This document shows positions 7,812-15,009 of a stretch of 24,000 nucleotides of DNA, one piece after another. The stretch spans positions 1 to 24,000 of the forward strand of contig JBHLKC010000017.1 in the NCBI GenBank assembly GCA_048887065.1. Reading direction: 5' to 3'. The DNA is from Candidatus Hodarchaeota archaeon. GTDB lineage: Archaea; Asgardarchaeota; Heimdallarchaeia; Hodarchaeales; Hodarchaeaceae. How positions within the stretch are numbered: position 1 is the first letter of the stretch; every line of letters begins with the position of its first letter. A model generated the notes under the pieces. The model worked only from the letters and a program-made list of their open reading frames with translations. It was not told the DNA's origin and ran no database searches. The position numbers and the translations under genes were made by a program.

Positions 7812-9521
7812 TCATGTTGTTTGAAAACGCTCTGGATTCTGAAGTTGGTACCAACCATACTTTACCTGACAAATCTCCTTTTCGACTAAATCTCTTAAGA
7901 TTTGCTTAACATGTTCTTTTGGGAATTTTACCTCTGGAGTTAATAGGTTACTTTGTGCTTTATATTGTGGTCGTTGTAAAAGAGCTTGTATCACTTTTTC
8001 TTCAGCAGAAGAGAGGTTTAGTTCTTTGGGTATCTTATATTGGGGTATTTTCATAGATTGATCAATCGAGGAAGGACCTCGTTTCTGTTCTAAAATGTGT
8101 TTGTCCTTCAAGATATACCAACCATATGAGACTCGCAATATTCCTTTGTCAACAAGATTCCTTAAAACTTCTTTTAAAACACTTTGTTTCAACCCTGTAG
8201 GCCGTGTTAATAGATTTGATTGTGCTTTTAGGTTCGGTCTTGCTTTTATAGCTTTTATTGTAGCGATCTCTTCTAAAGTCAACCCTTCACCTACTCGAGA
8301 GATACGAGGGGATTTCTTTTTCTTTTTTCTTTTATCAACATCTGTAAATGTTCTTTTAAAGAAGGGTAAGTGGCTTTTCTTTATAATATACCATCCCACC
8401 TGAGTTCGAAGCAATCCCTTTGAAATTAAACTTCGTAAATGGGATTCTGCAACTTCTATAGGTACCCCTAGATCTTTGGCTAGGATTTCAGGCTTCGTTC
8501 GATGTTTTATACGCATGTAAGTGCGTTCAAGAATTTCCATCTCGAATTCTGAGGGTAAATCTTCCTCCCAATTATCTCGTCTAAATAATGTGGTCGTTTG
8601 TTTTAAAAAAGGTGCTATATCATCTGAATAAGATTTATCGGGAACCTTAGGATGAAAAAGGTCCCGTTCTAAATCATCCGTTGTCATTTTTAAATCAAGA
8701 TGTGTGTTTTCCGAGTCAGTAACAAAATCTTGCCCCAATTCATCCTTTAAAATAGGTTCTTTATCATTTGATGAAGTAAAGGTCTGTTCTTTTGGCGTTG
8801 AATTTGTATTATTAATATTTGGGGTTGGAGAAGTTGAGGTACTTCTCAAATCATCTGATGGAGGGGAAACTGTTCTTACTTGATCGAAAGCTGTTTCTTT
8901 TACTTGGGAGATCGTTTTCTTTGCTAGGGGCTTCTTCTTAGGTGTTTTTTCCAAATCATAAGGTGCTTCAATATCTATTTGGTTTGTTTTGATAGGTTGA
9001 TGTTTGATAGTTGCATCTATAGATGCTGCTTGGTTTCTCGTTTGAGTTTTTGTTAAAACTTGAGGTGATCGGTGGTGTTTTAGATTTTTTTTGCTTGCAT
9101 TAAGACTGAAAACAAGTGTTTTTTGAGTTGCTTTTATGGAATATTGACTTGTTTCGATGAGGTTAGAAATTTGATCTTCTAAAGTTTCAAAAGGGGAACC
9201 GATTCCTTCAATTTCAATAGTGAGCAATTCACCGTTAATAGTTTCAAGATAATCTTTAATCCTAATAATACTTAACTCTAATTGATTTAAATGGAAAAAT
9301 TCCAAGATTTCTCGATTCATCACTGTAGATTCATTACCATGAATTTCAAGAGTGTATAGTTGCTCTGATTGGGTTTCTTCAATATAAAAAATCAGTGATG
9401 GAAAATCAGGAATCCGAGGTGTCGCATGTACACTATTATCGATAAATTCAATTTCGCGGAACCTACCCCGAGCTTTCAAAAAATTAACAAAATCATTCAA
9501 AACAGTGTTTTGACGGTACAA
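7812..9521 (-). CDS. Hypothetical protein: N-terminal globular domain, ~175-aa low-complexity linker, three tandem winged-helix-like repeats
   Basis: 569-aa uninterrupted ORF (TTG start; no nearby in-frame ATG). aa ~145-320 are rich in S/T/P/K/N/D. aa ~326-381, 414-471 and 503-560 are three repeats, each ending in GWY (GWYIIK / GWYILK / GWYQLQ). Repeats 2 and 3 share RPxxKAQSNLLT. A K-rich spacer (KRKKKKKSPR) lies between repeats 1 and 2. Confidence 0.75.
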   Translation of the reverse strand: MYRQNTVLNDFVNFLKARGRFREIEFIDNSVHATPRIPDFPSLIFYIEETQSEQLYTLEIHGNESTVMNREILEFFHLNQLELSIIRIKDYLETINGELLTIEIEGIGSPFETLEDQISNLIETSQYSIKATQKTLVFSLNASKKNLKHHRSPQVLTKTQTRNQAASIDATIKHQPIKTNQIDIEAPYDLEKTPKKKPLAKKTISQVKETAFDQVRTVSPPSDDLRSTSTSPTPNINNTNSTPKEQTFTSSNDKEPILKDELGQDFVTDSENTHLDLKMTTDDLERDLFHPKVPDKSYSDDIAPFLKQTTTLFRRDNWEEDLPSEFEMEILERTYMRIKHRTKPEILAKDLGVPIEVAESHLRSLISKGLLRTQVGWYIIKKSHLPFFKRTFTDVDKRKKKKKSPRISRVGEGLTLEEIATIKAIKARPNLKAQSNLLTRPTGLKQSVLKEVLRNLVDKGILRVSYGWYILKDKHILEQKRGPSSIDQSMKIPQYKIPKELNLSSAEEKVIQALLQRPQYKAQSNLLTPEVKFPKEHVKQILRDLVEKEICQVKYGWYQLQNPERFQTT

Positions 9522-9804
9522 CTTAAAACAATTCCTTCTGAATGGAGAATGAAACCTTAAGATAATATCATACTAAGTATAATCCAGCTAGAAGCTTTTT
9601 TGAATCATCTTGAAAAATTTTTCGTCATTCTACTGAAATTCTCGGCTATTTCTCGACCATTTTAGATTTTGGGTATATTAAGATAAGTGGTCTCATCTTT
9701 AAGAGTTAAATTTCAATATAATCTCATATAAAAGGAGGTAAATTACTGATTCAGTGTTATTAGGAGCATTTTTTTACAGCTGTCTCGTTCATTAAGTTTA
9801 ATGA

Positions 9805-10272
9805 TCAAGAAGAAGGATTCAATAGCTTAACTCGAATTTCATCTGGTGTACTGTTGATAAATATTTTAGCTAATTGATTTGGAACGGAGAATGTTCTTTT
9901 TTTTAGCTCTTCAAAATCCTTCTCATTGGGATCCTGCTGAACATTTTCCCAAAGAGAAATATAATCTACTAATGGGATTCCCAAAGTGGGTTTATGTGTC
10001 TGAAGGACTATGTCCTGAAGATTATCAGAATCTCTTTCAATTTTATTTGATCTTTGGGGAAGTTCATCCTTTCCTATAGGTTTAGATTGTTCAACTAGTC
10101 CAAAGTAATAAAGCTCAACAAGGATGGCTAAAATTGTTGAGGAATCAACATCATCTTCAATTGAGTTTAAGATTTGGGCAATGGTTAATGGTCTTTTTGA
10201 CAACTTCTTTAGTATTGGTATAGTTAAAGGATGATCTAAGAGTTTTGATATCATTGTACGAGCGATCACCAC
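9805..10272 (-). CDS. Hypothetical protein with an N-terminal ArsR/MarR-like winged HTH
   Basis: 155-aa ORF (GTG 10272, or ATG 10254 giving MISKLLDHP...). The N-terminal ~55 aa (PLTIPILKKLSKRPLTIAQILNSIEDDVDSSTILAILVELYYFGLVEQ) fit a wHTH pattern. I do not recognise the C-terminal ~90 aa. Confidence 0.55.
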   Translation of the reverse strand: MVIARTMISKLLDHPLTIPILKKLSKRPLTIAQILNSIEDDVDSSTILAILVELYYFGLVEQSKPIGKDELPQRSNKIERDSDNLQDIVLQTHKPTLGIPLVDYISLWENVQQDPNEKDFEELKKRTFSVPNQLAKIFINSTPDEIRVKLLNPSS

Positions 10273-10544
10273 TGGTAAAATCAGTCGATGCTCAATAAGT
10301 TTCTAAATTTATAAAGATGTACTTTGTTCAACTGATTTTGAAGAATGGATTTAGAAAAAATGGATAAAATCTGTTTCCTCTATGGAAATGTTAATAACTC
10401 CATGAAAATAATCCTAAACGTCAATAATGGAGACTCTCGAAAGGTTAGCATCCACTGCAATAAGCTTAAGACGGGAAAATTTCCAGTCACAGAAACTAAT
10501 GAGAATTGAATGTCTAAAAAGGTTTTTTTGAAAGAGGAGTAAAA

Positions 10545-11258
10545 ATGTCTCAATCTAGGAGCGATGAAACAAATGTCATTGTTGAATGTGTCAACCTAAA
10601 AAAGTACTACATTCTCGGAGAGGTAAAGGTTGAAGCGCTTCGGGGGATAAATATGAAAATTGAACGGGGAGAAATGATTTCGATCATGGGCCCTTCTGGA
10701 TGTGGAAAAACCACTTTATTAAACATCATTGGATCATTGGATAGTCCTAGTTCTGGTAAAGTCTTCTTAGAAGGGCGAGATATTTCGAATGCTAATGAAA
10801 AAGAACTTACAGAAATTCGTCGAAAAAGTGTTGGATTTATTTTTCAATTTTATAATTTACTTCCCGTTTTAACTGCTTTTGAGAATATTGAGCTTCCGAT
10901 GTTAATTGCAGGAGTTCCTAAAGAAGAAAGACAAAAAAGAGCATTAGAACTTTTAGAAAAAGTTGATTTGATGACAAGAAGAGACCATAAACCAGATGAA
11001 TTAAGCGGGGGAGAGCGACAGAGAGTGGCAATTGCCAGATCTTTGGCAAATAATCCAGCGATACTCTTGGCAGACGAACCAACAGGAGATTTAGACACTG
11101 AAACTGGTTTTACAATCTTAAATCTTCTGAAAGAAGTTAACAAGACGGAAAATCAGACACTTGTACTAGTCACCCATGATGCAAGCATTGCCCGCCAATC
11201 AAATCGAATTTTCCATATAAAAGATGGAATGATAAACGATATAGAAGGAATCAATTAA
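10545..11258 (+). CDS. ABC transporter ATP-binding protein (COG1136, MacB/LolD/FtsE-like ATPase)
   Basis: 237-aa ORF with SD-like GAGGAG upstream. It has Walker A GPSGCGKTT, the Q-loop region, ABC signature LSGGERQRVAIARSL, Walker B ILLADEPTGDLD and H-loop VTHD. No permease gene is adjacent. Confidence 0.93.
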   Translation: MSQSRSDETNVIVECVNLKKYYILGEVKVEALRGINMKIERGEMISIMGPSGCGKTTLLNIIGSLDSPSSGKVFLEGRDISNANEKELTEIRRKSVGFIFQFYNLLPVLTAFENIELPMLIAGVPKEERQKRALELLEKVDLMTRRDHKPDELSGGERQRVAIARSLANNPAILLADEPTGDLDTETGFTILNLLKEVNKTENQTLVLVTHDASIARQSNRIFHIKDGMINDIEGIN

Positions 11259-11315
11259 TTCCGCTTATTATTGCATTCTTAATTGAGATTTTGAAGAATA
11301 CCAACGTTAGCTTCA

Positions 11316-12254
11316 TTAAACCATGAGCGTACGAAGTGAATCGTTACCTGTTCTTTTAGACTCTGAATCTAAAATTTTTACTAACTCTTTAAATCGATTT
11401 CTTATTGTCACAGGAGTGATTCTTGCAACTGTTGCTATTTCTTGCTGTGTACGACGTTCCCCAGTTTGAATAGTTGAAATATAAAGAGAAGCTGCGGCAA
11501 GACTCATGGGATTCTTCCCTACTGTAGCTCCCCTTGATCTAGCTACATTCAAGATCTTAACAGCTTGTCTACGAGCTTTCATTGTAACACGTAAATTTAT
11601 CCCAAGTCGATGAACAAGAGCTCCATAATCGCTAGGACTTACTTTTAAGTCAAGTTTTTGAAGAATAATTCTAATACAACGACCAAGTTCTTTCGAGGAG
11701 ATATTAGATACAGATGCAATATCCTTTAGTGTCTGAGGTAACTTCTTTTTCCTGCACGCTAAATAGAGACTTGCTGCGATCATACCATCAATCGATCGAC
11801 CACGAATCAGGTTTTTTTTCAGTGCTTTCCGATAGATCATAGCTCCCATCTCCGCTACGTCTTCAGGAAGTTCTAGCTGGCTTTTAATTCTTTTTAATTC
11901 TTTTAGGGCAAATCTAAGGTTACGAATCTCAGATTTACGTGTGCGATTGTCTATACGAGACAAACGTCTATATTTCGTTTGGGATGTGAAAGGAAGGGTT
12001 CGTCCAGAAATATCTTTCCTTATGTTCCCGATTTGCGTTCTTAATCCCATTTCTGCTTTCAATGGAGTGATTGGGCTTCCTGTTCGAGATCGTTCAGCGA
12101 GTTCACTTGAATTATAAGCCCGCCATTCGGGTCCTAGGTCCATTTGCATATCAATAACGAGCCCACAAGAGGCACAGATCGATGTACCTTTAGTAGCATC
12201 CATTACAATATCGGTACTGCCGCATTCTGGACATTTTCGTTCTTCTGGCGGCAA
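11316..12254 (-). CDS. tfb: Transcription initiation factor B (TFB / TFIIB)
   Basis: 312-aa ORF with a TTG start. It has an N-terminal Zn ribbon CPECGS...CASCGLV, a B-reader/linker region and two cyclin-like repeats (RSIDGMIAASLYLACR..., MSLAAASLYIST...TQQEIATVARITPVTIRNRFKEL). Confidence 0.95.
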   Translation of the reverse strand: MPPEERKCPECGSTDIVMDATKGTSICASCGLVIDMQMDLGPEWRAYNSSELAERSRTGSPITPLKAEMGLRTQIGNIRKDISGRTLPFTSQTKYRRLSRIDNRTRKSEIRNLRFALKELKRIKSQLELPEDVAEMGAMIYRKALKKNLIRGRSIDGMIAASLYLACRKKKLPQTLKDIASVSNISSKELGRCIRIILQKLDLKVSPSDYGALVHRLGINLRVTMKARRQAVKILNVARSRGATVGKNPMSLAAASLYISTIQTGERRTQQEIATVARITPVTIRNRFKELVKILDSESKRTGNDSLRTLMV

Positions 12255-12437
12255 AGGGAAGCCCTCCTGAAGAATTATTAGACTTAATATTTATTCTTGA
12301 AAAAGTTTTTATATAAGTTTGGTTTCAAAGAAGCAACTTTTAATGATTTTGATATCGCTTGAAATCTATTTTTTTTTAAAAACATCATTAAAAGTACTAA
12401 TATATTCAGATTTTTTTATTTTTTTACCTATGGGCAC

Positions 12438-12449
12438 ATTAAAAACCAC
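12438..12449. repeat. Copy 1 of an exact 12-nt direct repeat ATTAAAAACCAC in the TFB/TBP intergenic region
   Basis: Read directly from the sequence. It is identical to 12508-12519, 70 bp away. Both copies are preceded by a short G/C-containing patch (GGGCAC / GGCGCT) in an otherwise A/T-rich spacer. Confidence 0.6.
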
Positions 12450-12507
12450 TTTCCCCATTGAATAACCTAATTTCGATATATTTTTATAAATATTTAGTTA
12501 AGGCGCT

Positions 12508-12519
12508 ATTAAAAACCAC
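12508..12519. repeat. Copy 2 of an exact 12-nt direct repeat ATTAAAAACCAC
   Basis: Read directly from the sequence. It is identical to 12438-12449. Confidence 0.6.
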
Positions 12520-12586
12520 AATTTTCTCATAATTAACAATAATTTGACGCTTATTGTGTTGTAAATTAATTTTGGAAAACTCATCT

Positions 12587-12623
12587 CTTTATAAAGCTTA
12601 TAAATGCTTATAAAATATATAAG
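12587..12623. promoter_or_regulatory. Cluster of three tandem TATA-like elements (CTTTATAAAG-CTTATAAATG-CTTATAAAATATATAAG)
   Basis: GCTTATAAA occurs twice with a 10-bp period (12596-12604, 12606-12614), preceded by TTTATAAAG. The cluster lies about 100 nt upstream of the TBP start. Orientation and usage are unknown. Confidence 0.3.
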
Positions 12624-12700
12624 TTTAACTAAAGATTGGGCAGGAGAAGGATTATTTTTTTTCATAGAATCCCCTCCCATCCATAAGAGACTTTTAACCG

Positions 12701-13321
12701 TTGAATCAGATCAATATGGTGGTTTTCGTGTCGAGTGAGTTGGAAAGAGACGATTTATTTGCTGAAGTTCAAAATGTAGTGGCTTCAGTAGATTTAAGAT
12801 GTAAAATCAAGTTAGAAAGGGCAGCTAGTCGTTTACCAGGAGATGTACAGGTTTCTTATATTCCCGAACAATTTCCAGGCGTTGTAGTTAAGATAAAAAA
12901 ACCAAAAGTATCAATTCTTGTCTTCTCCTCTGGAAAATTAGTAGTTACTGGAGCAAAATCCGTGCCAATGATTGAGGAAGCCGTAGAAGTCATTTCTGAA
13001 CTGTTGCGCCAAGCAGGACACAGTGTAAAACATGAAGCAACTATTACTGTCCAAAATATTGTTGCTTCAGGAACCTTAGGGAAAAGAATCAATTTAGAGC
13101 TTGCAGCACTCTTATTAGAACATTCTATGTATGAACCCGAGCAATTTCCAGGGTTAATTTATCGAATGCAGGAGCCTAAAGTAGTTCTACTCCTTTTTCA
13201 ATCAGGAAAACTTGTTTGTACAGGTGCAAAGAAAGAAGAGTATGTATACCAGTCTATACATAAAATTTACTCAATTCTTGAAGAAATAGATGCTTTTGAA
13301 GTTAGTGGCGTTCAATTCTAA
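12701..13321 (+). CDS. tbp: TATA-box binding protein (TBP)
   Basis: It has two imperfect TBP repeats: VQNVVASVDL...EQFPGVVVKIKKPKVSILVFSSGKLVVTGAKS and VQNIVASGTL...EQFPGLIYRMQEPKVVLLLFQSGKLVCTGAKK. The ORF track starts at TTG 12701. ATG 12716 (MVVFVSSELERDD...) is an equally plausible start. Confidence 0.95.
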   Translation: MNQINMVVFVSSELERDDLFAEVQNVVASVDLRCKIKLERAASRLPGDVQVSYIPEQFPGVVVKIKKPKVSILVFSSGKLVVTGAKSVPMIEEAVEVISELLRQAGHSVKHEATITVQNIVASGTLGKRINLELAALLLEHSMYEPEQFPGLIYRMQEPKVVLLLFQSGKLVCTGAKKEEYVYQSIHKIYSILEEIDAFEVSGVQF

Positions 13322-14840
13322 TGAACTGATCTTTCCTAATAAAAGTTAAACTCTTCTGTATTGCAATTGGAACCTTTTTGAGCAATTGTGAAAGAGAAAA
13401 TTTTTCTCTAGCCAACTCACCAGCCTTTCCATTTATGAATGTACCAATACAAGCAGCATAAAATATTGATTTTGATTGTTTAACGAAACCACTGATTAAT
13501 CCAGCTAATATGTCTCCAGTCCCACCTCGTGTCATATGAGAAATACCAGTCCTGTTGATTTTTAAACGTGAATTATCTGTTACTATGTCCCAATGTCCTT
13601 TAACTACCCAAATATTAGGAAAATTCAAAGAAACTTCCTGAACTAAATCTATACGTTCTTGAAATCTTTCTGTACCACTTGGTATGATTACATTTGTAAG
13701 AATGGAAAATTCTCCTGCATGAGGAGTCAAAATTGTATTCTTGGTAACTTTTTTTAAATCTATAAGTTTGAGAGCATCCGCATCTAATATTATTGGTTTA
13801 TCAAATCTTTTGACTAGATCTAAGATTTTTAATACGGATTTCTGGGTATCCTCATGTTGTCCTAATCCAGGTCCAAGAAGAATAACATCATTCTGCTTTA
13901 TAAGTTCAGTTGAAACTGATTCAACGGTCAGATGAGAAGCAGCATAGTCTATAACAATAAGTTCTGGTGAATAAGATCTAATCGCTGAACTAATTCTTTG
14001 AGGGGCTAAAATTGTAACTAAATCGGCACCTGCCTGAATAGCACCCATTGCAGCTAATGCAGGGGCCCCTGAATAAGTTTCATTCCCTCCAATAACTAAA
14101 ACTTTCCCTCTATCTCCCTTTTTTGACCATTTATGACGGGGTTTTAGAGACAATAGATCACCAGGCCCAATAATCTTTTCTGCTTCAGGAGGTATCCCAA
14201 TAGGCAAGATCTTAATCTTACCTGAATTCTTGGGGGATAATCCCTGCTTCCGCTTGTGAAATATTCCTGTGTAATCTGGTTTGAGGAAGATATTAGATCT
14301 TTTTCCTGTATTTGGATCAATTCCTGTAGGAGTATCGGCACTGATTACGATAGCTCCTCTTTCCTGCGATTTATTTATGAGATTTAACAGAGTTGCAAGG
14401 GGCTCGTGAATGCTCCCTTTAATCCCCGTACCAAGTAATGTATCTACAATTAATGATGTTGAATTAATCTCTAGATGTTCAACCTCATTAACTTGTTTGA
14501 TTTCTGATAGTCTTATCGAATCAGTCATATTTCTTAAGATTTCCCAATTCACAGATGTTGATCGTTTGCTAATATCTTTATTTGATCCCAAAAGATATAC
14601 ACTAACTGGGATGTAACGTGCAAGGTGTCTAGCTGCAACCATTCCATCCCCACCATTTCCCCCCTTTCCTGCAAAAATAATTAGGTTTGTTCTATTTTTT
14701 TTCTGATAAATATCCCAAATAAGATCAGCTAATCCTCTACCAGCATTTTCCATAAGGATATTTCTGTTAACGCCTAAAAATTCTGAATTTACGTCAATTA
14801 TACTCATTTCTAGAGTAGAAATTGCATCTGACTTCATCAA
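13302..14840 (-). CDS. nnr: Bifunctional NAD(P)H-hydrate repair enzyme Nnr (YjeF_N epimerase + ADP-dependent dehydratase)
   Basis: 512-aa ORF. The N-terminal domain has FAGKGGNGGDGMVAARHL. The C-terminal carbohydrate-kinase-like domain has KGDRGKVLVIGG, YSGAPALAAMGAIQAGADLVT, GPGLG, TPHAGEF and GGTGDILAGLISG. The start is TTG 14840 or the adjacent ATG 14837. The 3' end overlaps the TBP 3' end by 20 nt (convergent). Confidence 0.9.
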   Translation of the reverse strand: MMKSDAISTLEMSIIDVNSEFLGVNRNILMENAGRGLADLIWDIYQKKNRTNLIIFAGKGGNGGDGMVAARHLARYIPVSVYLLGSNKDISKRSTSVNWEILRNMTDSIRLSEIKQVNEVEHLEINSTSLIVDTLLGTGIKGSIHEPLATLLNLINKSQERGAIVISADTPTGIDPNTGKRSNIFLKPDYTGIFHKRKQGLSPKNSGKIKILPIGIPPEAEKIIGPGDLLSLKPRHKWSKKGDRGKVLVIGGNETYSGAPALAAMGAIQAGADLVTILAPQRISSAIRSYSPELIVIDYAASHLTVESVSTELIKQNDVILLGPGLGQHEDTQKSVLKILDLVKRFDKPIILDADALKLIDLKKVTKNTILTPHAGEFSILTNVIIPSGTERFQERIDLVQEVSLNFPNIWVVKGHWDIVTDNSRLKINRTGISHMTRGGTGDILAGLISGFVKQSKSIFYAACIGTFINGKAGELAREKFSLSQLLKKVPIAIQKSLTFIRKDQFIRIERH

Positions 14841-15009
14841 GATCGCCTTAAGTAATGTTGAGAAAGATACGGAAACCAGATGAAATAATAATCAATTCAT
14901 CTCAAAGTTTCATAAACTATTTCTAAGAAAATTGATTTTACATATTAATTAAACCAATAAATATTCAAAGTTCTTAAAATTTCACCAAGTATTAAAGGAT
15001 AGTTTCGCC

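Noticed and set aside
7842-8546. Resemblance of the three winged-helix repeats to Z-alpha (Z-DNA-binding) domains, given the wing Trp and the helix-3 spacing.
   Set aside because: When aligned by eye, the Z-DNA-contacting Asn and Tyr of helix 3 are replaced (Lys/Arg). Only the generic wing Trp is shared, so the specific Z-alpha assignment is unsupported.
12498-12680. 60-codon ORF inside the TFB/TBP intergenic spacer.
   Set aside because: The translation is dominated by K/I/L/Y/N codons, as expected from AT-rich non-coding DNA. It has no SD or promoter context and no recognisable motif, and it overlaps the TATA-like cluster. It is most likely spurious.
13302-13321. 20-nt convergent overlap of the TBP and Nnr 3' ends.
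   Set aside because: Short convergent overlaps are common in compact prokaryotic genomes. There is no evidence of a functional antisense element.
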